From positions 434,001 through 498,000 of the forward strand of contig JAHLTZ010000016.1 of assembly GCA_025786725.1 (NCBI GenBank): a stretch of 64,000 nucleotides of DNA, in the 5' to 3' direction. Positions 26,879 through 39,918 of this stretch are shown piece after piece (positions within the stretch are counted from its first letter, which is position 1; the number at the start of each line of letters is the position of its first letter). The DNA is from Syncephalis fuscata S228. Lineage: Eukaryota; Fungi; Zoopagomycota. The notes beneath the pieces are model-generated. The model searched no databases and was not told the DNA's origin. It worked only from the letters and a program-made list of their open reading frames with translations. Position numbers and translations under genes: made by a program.

Positions 26879-27997
26879 TCAACAGCCACGCCAACTGATA
26901 GGCACACGGCCAGCATCTTTATCGGCAATCTTAAGATAAGCACCTTCAGATAAATCGACATCGCCTGACTTGCAAACCGGGCATTTATCAACGATCTTAA
27001 CTCGAACCTTACCCAAAGGTCCAGTTACCAAAATACAAGCACCACAGACCGGACTATTGGCCGGATGTGCATAACCACCAAATTGCGGTGCATTCTATAT
27101 TGTTCATTAAATTAATTAGTTAATTAGTTGATTAGTTAATCATTATTATTATTATTATTATTATTATTACACTTGCTATTATTCTTGTAATCACTTACCA
27201 TAGCTGCAACCATATCATCTTTTTATAAATCCATCCACAAGCACCGTAGCCTCCTTTAACACCTCCTTCTGGATCATATATGTTCCATCTCCTTTGCCGC
27301 TTAATACTATACCAGGGAATCCAGTATCAAATTTGCCCTTGCCAAATTCATCGCCATTCTGTGTGCCATGACCAATACCGAAATGGCCAAGCACAACAAA
27401 AATAATAATAAAAATAAGGCCTACACCAAATAGACTACCGGTAAATAGAACAGTACGTCGATTACGACGATAAAAGTTAATTAATGGTGCCATAGTACCA
27501 GTGGCCGGCGGACCTGTATAGCTAGGTGGTAAAATGGGCAATGGTTTGTCAGCATAATAATTAGATGCTGCTAGCCGATCAACAGATTTATGCCAATCGT
27601 CTAATCCAGCATCATTCGACTGTGCTGATAGTGGTTGGTGGTGATGTGTACGCATGGCTGCTTCATTGGTATGACTGGACAATGAATGCTCTGTTGCCAC
27701 TGCGCCTACTGTCGCAGACGATGGCATTACTCGGTGACCGTCACGGCTAGATGTATTATTTGGTACTGGTACCGGCAATGGTCGATGCCGTGGTGGCGGC
27801 GGTGGTGGTGGCCCATGTCGAGGAAAGTGCCGTGGCCGCTCTCTCATTTCTGAATTAGCATTTGTCGACAATAAAGTAGCGCTATCATCGTCATCGTCAG
27901 GCATGGAACGTAGGCTGGCTAGTGAAGTAGCCGTCGACAAATTCCCTTCCTGTCCCGCCAGACGTGCATGATGATGCTCATTTAAAGGACTCGACAT
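26879..27997 (-). CDS. Type II membrane-anchored expansin/RlpA-like double-psi beta-barrel protein; two apparent frameshifts
   Basis: TM segment VLFTGSLFGVGLIFIIIFVVLG, then GDGTY(Y)DP..GGYGACG..DDMVAAM, an intron (27198-27095), and NAPQFG..SPVCGACILVTGPLGKVRVKIVDKCPVCKSGDVDLSEGAY...GRVPISW. The frame needs single-base additions near 27278 and 27220-27224. Confidence 0.85.
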
Positions 27998-28573
27998 TGT
28001 ATTAAATAGCCAAAAAATATAAAGTTAATGAACAGGTTTTAAGTATATAGTGAATTAGTTGCCAATACAATTGGCAAGCTATTACGTTGAGTAGGATTGA
28101 ATGTCAAGTAGTGGTGTCAATAGTGTTATTAATAAGCAATAGTAATATCCATCTATAGAATGTAGATTGATATTACGATGACTATTAGCGAATATAGTAT
28201 TTGTAAGGTGATTGAAGGAGAAAATAACGGTAAAAACAAAGGCAAAATGTGCTGCTTAATGTAAACTCTAGAATAATACAATGACGGAGTTCGTAGAACT
28301 CAAGGCAGTGTCACGTGATACATGTATACATTGATATAGAAAGAAAAGAAAACGAATGATACATTTGAAATGAATCGAAAACATACAAGCGCCATTATGA
28401 TGCTTGTTCGCATATATGTGTAGTATATCTAATGAATATAAAGAAATATCCGCCCAATTTCTACGTAATCATTGCCTGCCCACAGGACTTGGAACGACAC
28501 CATCTTCTTATTTGACTGCAGAGTAGAACGCGGCGATCAAAAGGCCAATGCTGGTTGGTTACTAGCCACGACG

Positions 28574-29171
28574 TTACATCCAAGACGCCTCCACGGTTTC
28601 GCGTACTCGTCTCACGTATTCCTTTCGGTTTTCGCGATACAATGACGCTGCTTCAACATTGGCCGGACTATTCGGGTTAGGATCGTGCAATAAACTTTGA
28701 ATTGAGGTAAGAATGGCTGCAACATCATACGTAGGCGACCATCGATTCTGTAGAATATCCAAGCAAAGATCGCCGCTAGCATAGACATTAGGATGGAACA
28801 TTTGAGAAATAAACTTGACGGTTGGCGGCTTATTAGGATAAGTTTCATCAAACTGTAGCACTAATTTAAAAGTACCATCTTCAAAAGGTGTATCGCCTAA
28901 ATCAATAAAACGTTATTATTATTATTATAGTAATTATAGTAATTAGTTGATTAGTAATAATGCATGGGTAAGTGATTTATTTATGCGTATTCCATCGTCT
29001 TCTATGACTGACTGACTGACTGACTGACTGTATATTCTTACCTGGACCAAAGATGACGGCATTCCAAACCATAATATTGTCTGGACAGGGTGCACCTGAT
29101 ACACCACTGGGTGGATCCATTTGCAAACGCTTAAAGTCGCGCATCAAACGACGACGGCATGGAGTAGACAT
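28574..29171 (-). CDS. RAD6: Ubiquitin-conjugating enzyme E2 Rad6/Ubc2
   Basis: [26 protein letters not shown]...[10 protein letters not shown]...[25 protein letters not shown]. One intron, 28897-29041. Confidence 0.97.
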
Positions 29172-29793
29172 AGTGACAGTACTACTAAATATATACGAAG
29201 AACAATAGATGGGTTTTGCTGTTGTTGTTATGTAGATGAGTTAAATCGCACGATAGATGACTAAGGAATAGGTTTTTTGGCTATAAGGACTATTTGTAAT
29301 GCAGGAAACAAAAGGTAAATGAAAAGTGTTGAACAGTCCGCGTATACTTGTACTATAGAGTAGTAATTTAAGAAAGAAGATAGGGATGGTAGAGGTGTGT
29401 GTGTGTGTGTTTATGCATGTATAAGAAATGTGCATGTGTGGGTCATAGTGACTTGTATTTTAATGCAAAGATATAATGGATTAAAACTAATAAATTAGAA
29501 ACTATTAGGCTTTACGAAGGGGTAGATCCCTTCTATTATTAATACAATAATTAGTCTTTTTTCTTTTTTTCTCTTTGGGTGGCTGTCCCTACGCTCTATA
29601 AAGATGCGATGTTGCTACTTGCACTACATTCATTCGCCACCACTCTTCTTTCTCATTATTGTCGATATATGTTTATACACTCTTTTTTATTATGTTATAT
29701 TATGCTAGTTCCTGCCATGTACCTATCGAGTAAGTAGTAACTTACTATGCTACTGTAGCAACATGCCATGTTGGTCAATACCATGAATGTTAT

Positions 29794-29915
29794 TAGTGTG
29801 ATGATACCCATTCTTCTTGCATTTGTCCTATCGACCTTGAGGAGACCAAACACCCAACGTCATTTCTGCTTGCAGAGATGGCGTCACACTTGCCAGTGTA
29901 CCTTTTATCTGACTA
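29794..29915 (+). ncRNA. snR190: Box C/D snoRNA, snR190-like
   Basis: C box GTGATGA at 29798, D box CTGA at 29909, TAG/CTA terminal stem. Internal blocks TCTTCTT, GTCC.ATCGACC.TGA and CTTGCCAGTGT resemble yeast snR190 as recalled. It sits directly upstream of U14, as in yeasts. Confidence 0.7.
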
Positions 29916-30095
29916 TTCATTCATGACATTGATCAATAGTGTGTGTGTCTGCACATAGCATTCATAATGACATTATTAAGCATAACTAACGTTAAATCTT
30001 TTAGTTTAAAGCTACTTTATTGACACGGTCCACTACTGTACACTACTCTGCACTCGGTAAGTATTCTGCTGTATCCTCTTTTTGTTTGTTTTATT

Positions 30096-30186
30096 GCTAT
30101 GATGAAAGAACATATCCCAATTCGCAGTTTCCGCCAAAAGGCGCTTTGCCTAATGCTGGTCAAATTTCTTCCTTGGATGTCTGAGC
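30096..30186 (+). ncRNA. U14: U14 (snR128) box C/D snoRNA
   Basis: C box ATGATGA at 30099, domain A ATTCGCAGTTTCC, domain B TTCCTTGGATGT directly before D box CTGA at 30181, short terminal stem. Confidence 0.92.
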
Positions 30187-30331
30187 GTTTTTCTTATTGT
30201 TGTTATTGTTGATGATTAGATTGTTGATGACCAATGCTAATCCATTGATTTTGTTACTGTAGACCATTTAATAAACTCCAGATAATGCTATAGGTTAGTA
30301 TTATTTTATTTACATTAATAGTTTGGTGGCA

Positions 30332-30420
30332 ATAATGATGATAGCACAACCAAATAATATATATAGGAAGTGCCGTCTTAGTGACGTATTTACGTCGTGA
30401 TTAGACAGGTTCCCTGAGAA
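30332..30420 (+). ncRNA. Box C/D snoRNA, U49/SNORD49-like
   Basis: C box ATGATGA at 30335 and D box CTGA at 30414. The guide ATAGGAAGTGCCG is complementary, with one mismatch, to conserved LSU rRNA CGGCUCUUCCUAU. The same guide string is recalled from vertebrate U49. Confidence 0.7.
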
Positions 30421-30854
30421 ACTGCTACTATTCATTAAATGCCTTTAATAATGCAGATAATAGAGTATCAATAGCTAACAATCCTTTTTGCTTGCTTGTA
30501 TAGGTGACGTGTGTTATAAATAATGTTAAATAAAAGCGCTATGCAATGATAATTTCTAGATAATAATTTATTCAAAATACCCATTTTGCTACTTATTGTT
30601 ATAATTGTGTTTATTGTTATCTATTCTTATTACACTTATTGTTTCGTTGATAACATTGTTATATAATTATATTTGCTTTTATGGGGTTGGTTTTTATTCT
30701 GCCTCTTGAACAACAATTCCTTCATCTGTATTTCAATTTGTTCAGTCTTTTTATGTACAATGTGATTCGATTTATAATTTGTAGCATCTCATTTATTAAT
30801 TAAATGAAAATAACCTTTTTTTACTAACATTAAACAATTTATTAATCATTTAAT

Positions 30855-31830
30855 GTGATTTGGGTGTCAAATAACTATTTTCAATATCATTCGCGCAATT
30901 GAACTGCACATTCAATCTATTGAACATGGAAACAAGTGGTGAGTTTTATTTAATCATCACATTATTACATTTATTGTTTTGTTTGAGGATCAAATGACTA
31001 AATTTGATAACATTCTTTTTATTGAACATGATGATGAGTGGTGAGTGACATCAATCATCAAATACTCATCATCATAGATTTATTATTCAGTATGCATATA
31101 TCATCACAGTATATGTTATTACTATGTATACCCGTCACTTTGCTTGATTATCATTAAAATCATAACTAATTGAAATGATCTAGTTTATTTATAAATAATT
31201 TTAATAAAGCATAACTTTATTTATATTCATATTATTTGTTCTACCAATATAACTCAGTAAACAAACTAGGTGCGATAAGTGTATTTTTATTAATAAAAGA
31301 GCTGGAACCATACCGACAACGGTTATAGACAGCGTATAGCCAATATATAATAAAATAATAAACACTATAATGAATATGCAATATTGAACGAGATTAGCAA
31401 TGTTCAAGCTATGGAGCATATATGCATGAACAGATGAGCGGAATTAGTCGACATTTATTAATAATAATGTTAGAATAAAAATAAAACCAGTTTTTAGATA
31501 GAGCAAAACTAGATGAGTATAAATCATATGTAATATTATAAGTGTACGGTAAGAAAGTATAAAAATGATGTTGAAGTTATAGTGCATATAATGCAATGAG
31601 TGGAATGAACAAAGTATATTGCCGCATATAAACAATAAAATGTGTCTAGTGTATCGTAGAATGATACATAGTAGTGTGGGACAGAATGGGAATGATATAG
31701 GTAAATGGTGGATATATGCATACTGGATAACGGATCTATGCTGATGAGTATTTAATAACTGATGTCACTCACCACCTACCATCATGTTCAATAGATTGGA
31801 TGTTATTAAATGTAATGATTTGGCCACCAA
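30855..31830. repeat. Two oppositely oriented copies of a dispersed AT-rich repeat family (+ copy ~30855-31150; - copy ~31200-31830)
   Basis: Shared core TATTGAACATG..GTGGTGAGTGACATCA..AAATACTCATCA.CATAGAT..TTAT.CAGTATGCATATATC at ~31020-31102 (+) and ~31711-31793 (-). Homologous to 52025-52750. Confidence 0.75.
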
Positions 31831-32627
31831 ACTATTCTAGATTATTAATGAATTGTTTAATATTAGCGTATTGCAAATAATACAAATAAATCACTAATAT
31901 TATGGTTAAAATAAACAGTGTCAATGTAACTGTATTAAATGTAACCAACTGTAATATGCTAATAGCTGTAAAAAATATATTATATTTAATTAATAAGCTA
32001 AATAAGATATATTACAACATGCTACTATTCTACTTGGAGTAAAATAATAAACATATCACTAACATTACATTAGTCTTACGTGACTTGTAATAAAGCTTGT
32101 TAGTATTTGATATATCAAATTCGGTTGAAGTGGACTTTGAGCTCAAAGCTTAAAGTAGTTAAATAGTTGCAATAAAATAAATTGTTTTTTGTTATAATAA
32201 GCAAGGTGTACCTTTGTATTTGTGTATCACCACTGCATATTATACTAATGTTATTTAATGTTTTTGTTTTTTTGTTTTTTAATCTATTCTTTTATCCATT
32301 GACAAGATGCTTGCAAAAGTGCGTTTTGGTACGCAAATACATGCTACTAATATATAAATATAGCTAACCAAACAAAGTTAATAATTGATTTAACTGATTG
32401 TACATGTGAGACAATCACAACAGTAGCAAACTATTTTTGCCCAAACAAAAGGCAGACAATTGAATACGGTTAATAAAAGTGCAAGTATCTACTGGTTTCT
32501 AAATAGCACGAAAATAAAATGTAAAAAAAACAATGAAAATGAAACTGCAGTTGAACAAAAGTTCGATCCAAACATGCAAGTAGAAACGCAATTAATATGG
32601 ATGCAAAAATGCAGACATGGAAGATTA

Positions 32628-35600
32628 TTAAGAGGGGCGACCTTGTTGGGGGAGTAAGCTGATAGGCAGGGATGGCATAGGAGCAGAAATATTAGATGAT
32701 GGTGCTGTAATGTTATTGTTGTTAGAATTAGTAGTATTGCCAAATGAAATAGGCCCCGCAAACATGGATTGTAGGCCACTACTATTCGATGTTGCCACAA
32801 TTGGCCTATTTGGCATGGGACGAACTTGAGGTATTTCTGCCACGACACCGGCACTTGACTCAGCTCCAGACACGCTCATGTTAGGCAATCCCCATTGATT
32901 AAGATAGGTTTGCCATGCATTTAGATCCAAGCTTGAAGGCATGCCCCAAAATGCACCCGATTGGTTGTTATTGACCATGTTTATATTGCCATTCGATGCA
33001 GCCGAGTTATTGTTAGACTGATTTGAAACAGAGTTCATTAGTGGCGATGGGCCTGCCGACATAGCCGGTAACGATACAGAATGCTGGCTAAGATGCGGTG
33101 TTAGCTTGTCTGGTGATGATGTAGACATGGCCGAGGTAGGCATCGACATAGATAGCTCAAATGGCGTCTGTGCTTGTGGATTTGACATCATTAGGGCGGC
33201 TGCGGCGGCTGCTGCGGCTGCGGCCTCAGGATTGTTATTTACACCTTGGACACCTGGAATGTTGAATAATGCATTGGCTGCATCAGATAACCCGTACGAT
33301 GGCGGGAATAAAGATGCATTTAATGATGAAAGGCTAGAGTTAGAGCATTGGCCATTTGTGGTAGCGGCAATGCCAGCAGCTGTAGCTTCAGCCGATTCAG
33401 ACCCTTGTGTGTAACCAGATAAATGATTGGCCATTGAATCTACAGGTGAATCCAAGAATCCATGTATCGATGTAGGTGATTGAGACTCAATTTTGAGCAC
33501 TCCAGCCGATGTGATGGGACTTGTACCAGGTGGCGATAACTGCTGATCATTAGGCACTGTTACACAATCAGGTAGCTTTGTATTGCTTCCAGAACGTGCC
33601 TTAGTACCTGATGCAATACGTTTGTTTGTTCGACGTGACGCGGCCATTGATGTATTGCCGTAGTCAGCCTCGGTTAGACGAATACCACGTACTTCCATCA
33701 AATCAAGCAGTATTGCCCGGCATTGCTTGGCAGATAGCCAGTCTTTTTGCACTTCCTCTAATGCACGTAGTCCTAGTGCCAAATGGCCACGAGCTGGTCG
33801 ACAAATGGCCTCATCCGGTGCCACTGCATTGTTTAAATGCACCATACTGGCTTGAAATAGCGAATAACCAATAAAAATAATACCATGGCATCGTAGATAG
33901 CCACCCACACGCATGCAATCAGCAATTCGTGTAATGCGTTGAGCAGCATCACAGCAAATACGGAACGAGCTCCATCCGCCTACATTCGCTTTTTGTTGCT
34001 GTTGCTGTCCTTGCTCTTGCTCCTGCTCCTGCTCTTGCTGTTGTTGTTGTTGTTGTTGCTGTTCAGCAGGTGTTGGTGGATTTTCAACTACTTTTGCCTT
34101 TTCTTCTTGATTTTCTATAGAATAATAATAATAATAATAATAATAAACAGTTAGCTATATTAAATTATATAAATTAGTTACATACCATGCTGTGCTTGTT
34201 CAGTATCATTTTTAGTAGCGGTAGGTAATACAATTAATGGTCGATGTAGTAGGATACGCGTTACGTCAAAGAATATATGTAATAGTCCGGTGAATGGTGA
34301 TATTGTCGTAGAAGTATAAGTAAAGTCGTCTTCTCGATAATGATATGGAGTAGGCAGTCTAGCTATCCAAGTATCCAGTTCAACATCCATACGACTTGCT
34401 ACTTCATAGAGATTGTTACGGGCGGCACGTGGCCCATAAACATTTCTTAATACCTTGGCCATCAATTCGGCCAACTTGATCAGTTGTATGTAGTACAGTA
34501 CTGGTGACGGTTTGGCATTAGAATTAACAGATAGTTGGGCATTATGACTTGGTGATGTTAAAGATGCAGGTGGATTAGGGCCGGCATGTCCTCCTGGCAA
34601 TGCTGCGGCTACGGCCATGCTATGATTGGCACCACGTCGTTGTCGATAAGCTGAACTGACGTTAGAACCACCACCATTGCTAGAAATGTCACTGGATACA
34701 GATCGTCGATTTGGAGAGCTATTGTTTGGTACCAAGTTCGTTGATGCCTCTTCAACATCAAGGTCCATTTCTTCGTCCTCATCAATACGTGGTAGCTGTG
34801 CGTCGATGTCTCTTTCGTCGATGGCTAACGGTCGGCCTAAAGCAGCACTTGTCATACTATCAACAACAAAACATGCCCACCAAACACGACGTCGAGTTTC
34901 CTTTTCAACTCGATCCAGCCCCTCCAGTCCCCAACGTTCACAATCACGATGCATGCCAAGATCATGAGCCATACGAAATGCCATACCGGCCAATAGCCAA
35001 GAGCTCATTGATTGTGAACAGCCGTGTTGATAAAACGACATAACAATTAACGCCTGCACTGTTGTCAGTTCACTGCGATCGTATTCGTCATCAAGTAGAA
35101 CACGTGCTCGATCAAAAAAGACTTGGCCGGCTGTCAGTGGCTTTCCAGGTTCAGCATATAGTGATGGGTCATTGGCCCAACGGGCGGCAATGGCATAGAT
35201 AGCATTTAATAGCAGTAGCGGTGGTCTTCTTCGGTCACGTAGGCAACGTAGAAATGCTGCTTTATGAACAAATGGATGGAATGGGTGTAGACGCGCAAAA
35301 TAAATACTAATTAGTCGATTAGACATCTCTGGCGGCGGTAACTCGACGTCCGCACGTAATCTACGGAAAGGCGCAGATGGCATTGCAAGATGCTGCAATA
35401 AACGAGAGGCAGCTATACATTTGGTTAGTAGATTAAACGGCTAATAACATATTTGCATTAATAGCATACATATACTGAATTGCTTACCATTTTCCTTTTC
35501 CATGGCAGCATTAGGCATAATACGTCGGTCGACAATAAGATATGCACCACTACTACCGCCCATGTAACGCAAATTACCATGTTCGTCGTATGTAACCTGC

Positions 35601-36664
35601 GTTCTTTGGTTGGTTCGGCTTACCGCTGAGCTATTTTGGGACGATTTTGCCTGCTCTCCTTCGGTCGTACATTGCTCATCGTAATCGTCAGCAATCATTA
35701 CTTCTAAATCAGATAAGCTATCGCTACGTGAACGAGATCTATTACGGGAGTTTAGATCTTCGCCTAGACCATCGTTGGTATGGTCCCCATCGCTTCCTAG
35801 CGCGGCCAGTACCTGCTCGTCCAATCCAAGTCCTTGGGTAGCCTGAGTAAGTAATCGATCCATAGCTTCTAACCGATGTCCCCATGCCATAGTTTGTCGT
35901 CCACGACGGCCACCGCCGTTTCGTTTGTCGTCTTCGTTCATGCCAGCACCTTCATGCACACCATCTTGATCGTTAATATCAATATCAGCCTCGGATAAGT
36001 CGTTGATATTAATATCTTGCATAACACTTTCCAATCGTGGATCATGTTTTACAATACCGCCTAACAGCTTCTCCATACGACGTAGACGATGTTCGATCGC
36101 TTCAATATAACCTTTAGGAGGCCCACGTTTTTTGGCAGCATCCAAGTAAGTGCATTCAAAGTGAAACGCACTACAATTGCCACAAATAGGTCGTACACCA
36201 TCGCAGCGTACTTTCTTACGGCGACATGCGTCGCAAGCACGGCTGACCCGCTGTCGTTTACTAACAGCAGAGCTGGAGGCTTCTAGATGTTGCGCAGCTG
36301 ATGAAGCAGTAATAGATGCCATTGAATGGTTGGCGTTACCGGTAGAAGTAAATCTCATGGATGCCAAAGATGAAGGCTCGCCGGAATAGGCAACGGCACG
36401 CGTTGGTGGTTGAGGTGCTATATTGCCATAAACATTGGTATTCATACCCAGGTTGTTGCCGCTACTGCCGCCAATGTTGCCGGATAGTGCAGAATAGTGT
36501 GGTGAAGGACCAGAGGTCACCGGTGAATTTGCTAGATTAGCTAACTCTTGGTAAGTTCGTTGCGTCTCCATACCCATAGGTCGGGTAGCCATGTTACCCG
36601 GATTCGGCAGTGTTCGCTGCATACGTTCAGGGGCGTAGAAGGAAGGATAGTCGTTGCCAGACAT
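32628..36664 (-). CDS. Zn(II)2Cys6 fungal transcription factor with Fungal_trans domain
   Basis: RACDACRRKKVRCDGVRPICGNC......CTY; YMGGSSG; LHPFHPFVH, RRRVWWACFVVD, LGRP, LHRP; poly-Gln and poly-Ala tracts. Introns 35413-35487 and 34115-34185 keep the frame. Confidence 0.93.
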
Positions 36665-39600
36665 GACGCAGCAAGTGTGGTAGTTGCAGTTGCTATGATT
36701 GAATGCTTACAATCTCACGGTAAGATTTTAAAAACTGAAATGACGGGCCTGCCTACTAAAATAGTATATATATAACTGTAGTATGTCAGCAAAAGCAAGT
36801 GCTAATTAAAAAGGTGTACCCTATAGAAGGGCATAGGAACACATTGAGTGGAGCGATAGTAAGACTATATAGCTTGTAATGAAATATGCAGGAAAATATC
36901 CAACAAGAGATTACTAGTGCAGAAGGTGAATCAAAATTCCGTAAATCAGTAGCACAACCGAATAAAACTGTTTTAAGGCACGCACACCCACGCAATACAC
37001 TCAATGTGTATAAAATACTAATGCAATTGTATCCACACAATGAAAGAAAAGAAATACGACAGCAAATTGGCTAATGCTGTTTTAAAAAAGCAGCAAAAAA
37101 TTTTGGTGGTTGCGTGTTAAACGTGTGGGAAAAACAGCAAGACACGAAAACAAATAGAAAGTAAGCTTGATAATGTGGTGTGAAACAAAATCAGCAAAGA
37201 TGAAGAGATGATCGTTGTATTTGGAATGACGCGTGGCTGAGTTACCATTCCTTCTAAACGGTACACATACACCAGTATAGCCATAGGCCACATGCCAAAA
37301 AAACTAGAAAGCCATGCAATTCTTGGTAGTTTTTGATCACAATCCTTGACCATACCATCAGCACGATTAGATAACAAACGAATGAGTAAGTAACCAATGT
37401 GGCTGTTGTCCTTTGATGTCATTTATAAAACGATATCTCTCTACAGCATCAACGTTTTGCAACCTTGTGATAGAGTCCCACGCCAGTTATAAATAGAATA
37501 TAAATAAACGAGGTAAAATTGAACAAATAAGGCCATCACAACAGTGTAGTGCAGTGGAAAAAAACAATAAGCCCCAATGTGCAATAGGTGTCATTAAGTA
37601 TTTCATCAACATGTGCATGATTTTTGGTAATAAAACATGGGCAAAGCAAGCATGCCCACCTATATCCGATTAATATCCATAGATGGATAGGTATCGCATT
37701 GGCGACACCATAACCAAAATCGGTGTTCATATTATAGATCATGATTGAACCGCTTGATCGCTGTCTGGCACAAAGCTCGTTCACTCCCCGACTTACCTAG
37801 CAATAATACTAACAGTATAAATTCCAAAAGTTACGCACTAATGGCGGTTGCGTGCAGATACACAGCACCAAACTATATTTAGTGGAATAAATCTAACAAG
37901 TTTTAAAATAAATTATCATTGGTTGGTTAATGACAATTTCATAATCAATAGTCATAATAGTGCAAAACAAGTCTACTATGTGTTACAGCGGTTATCTCGG
38001 CCCGTTTCTGCCGAGAGCCGCATGTAAGTTATAGAGCGGCAGACTAGATTGACGTGCATATTCACATACATCCTTCTTCTCATGTATGTACGTAACAACC
38101 GTAAAAAAAATCGTCATACCAAACACCTATCATTTCCCAATGCTTAATCGGTACAAATCTCGACAAACACACTCGCCATTATCTTACCTATTAGTGAATA
38201 ATCGCTCAATGGTAAAGGTTTTAATTGTTGGTAGATAGAATAAGTAGCTAGATGCAAAACTATGGCTTTAAACCTGCAGCCAAGAAATTTAAGAAACTTC
38301 ACAGTACTATTTGAGCAAAACTAAAAGCAAGCCGAAAAAGACAACAGGCTACAAAAATATATGCGAATTGTTACTGGTTTGACCTTTTATGCCTAAACAG
38401 CTTAAAACTATTTGGCGTTGAAACTCGAACCGACAATGTGCAAGTAAATAAATTGATTTTGGTAAATAAGAGTAAAAACAGCTAAAATATCAAATAGAAT
38501 ACGAAAGCAAAAAGAGGCCTTGGTAATTTGAATAATAATAATAATAATAATAATATAGGTGGCAACTGCAGCGCGATCAATGCAACAATGTAGACAGACA
38601 ATAGGCAGAAATATGCAAAAATATCACTAAAGTTGTAGCCAAAAAAAAATTAATTTGTAGATTGGAAGTAGATGTATAAGTGGAACCGAAGTATTGAAAT
38701 GACTTCACTTAATATACCGCCGGTTTCTAAGGACTTGGCAAAATGCAAAACGCAGCAAGTATGGTCGTGCTATTGCACGTGGCGGTCAATACTGTAACGA
38801 CAATAGAACGAGTACGATAATGTTATAGAATTCGTACACTCGTGATTGCACCAAGACTGTAGGTAAGACGGGCCAGCTTTTAGGCAATGCAACAGCAATA
38901 TAACACGCTATTAATAACAGCAGAATTGCAGAAAGCGATGCCAACAACACGAAAATGTAATAAAAATAGGAAAAGCTGAAACAGCACACAATATAATTTT
39001 TAAAGTTAACCGAATGCGAAAAGAAGTAAAATAGAAGTTTTAAGAGTGGATATATGAAAACGGTCGAAATAAACGACAACAGTAAGACGAAGTATGACAA
39101 ATATTAAAAACTAGAAACTAACTCAGAAATAAACATTCCCGTCCACTGTAGCGCTATATTTCCGAAAAAGGCAATAAGGTGGTGATCTTTCGCGCCTTCG
39201 TGTTCTATAGTGAGTAGCAAAGCAGTAAAAGCTGGTAAACAGTGTGGTTTAATTGAAGATGGTTTTTGTATATGAATAAAAGGATAGCAATAATGAACGG
39301 GTTTAAGATCGAATGACCAGAGTATAGGGATAACGAGATGAAGACAATATAATAATTTGATGTTAGTAAACTCCGCTTCTATTTATTATCTGAGAATATT
39401 TATATGACGAAATGACGAGATGACGAGCCAAGTTATAAGCGGTTGCAATCCATAAATAACTCGAGGGAACAAGAGCGGGTTTGGTGGCCGAGCATTGGAT
39501 GGAGAAATTCGAACCGATTACAGTGCAAAAGCACATGAAGACCATGGTCGACATGTTTGTCTCCGAAAAAGGCGAGCCGTCAACGGATACACCACGACCA

Positions 39601-39895
39601 ATATTCCTCATAGGGAGGTGCAAATTAATCATGGATGATTTAACTATAATTATTTTTTCCTCACGTTTAGGGCACAAGTCATGCACTATTGTCAATCGAG
39701 AAGCAGGAATGGCATTATGCATGCACCTACCAAATGCGAGAAACTAAGAAATTAAATGTTGTAAAACAAATCAAAAATACCTGAGGTATGAGAATGATGT
39801 ATTTCCAACACGGCGCAGATGTATCCAAACGAAGCCGCTGACAAACAACCACAGAATAGTTGCCGAGCACATGCAAGTACGAGCATGCGTATTGG

Positions 39896-39918
39896 TGTGT
39901 GTGTGTGTGTGTGTGTGT
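39896..39918. repeat. (TG)n microsatellite
   Basis: Perfect TG run. Other simple repeats: (ATT)n at ~27142-27169, (GACT)n in the RAD6 intron at ~29006-29029, (AAT)n at ~34121-34145 and ~38531-38555. Confidence 0.9.

Larger units (their letters stand above)
29620..30570 (+). ncRNA. Non-coding snoRNA host transcript with three introns
   Basis: Introns 29730-30004 (GTAAGT..ACTAAC..TAG), 30057-30262 (GTAAGT..GCTAAT..TAG) and 30294-30503 (GTTAGT..GCTAAC..TAG), separated by short exons with no evident ORF. TATAAA at 29597; divergent from RAD6. Transcript ends are approximate. Confidence 0.75.

Noticed and set aside
33939-34154. Poly-Leu ORF resembling a signal or TM peptide
   Set aside because: Antisense of the poly-Gln tract and (AAT)n intron of the Zn2Cys6 gene.
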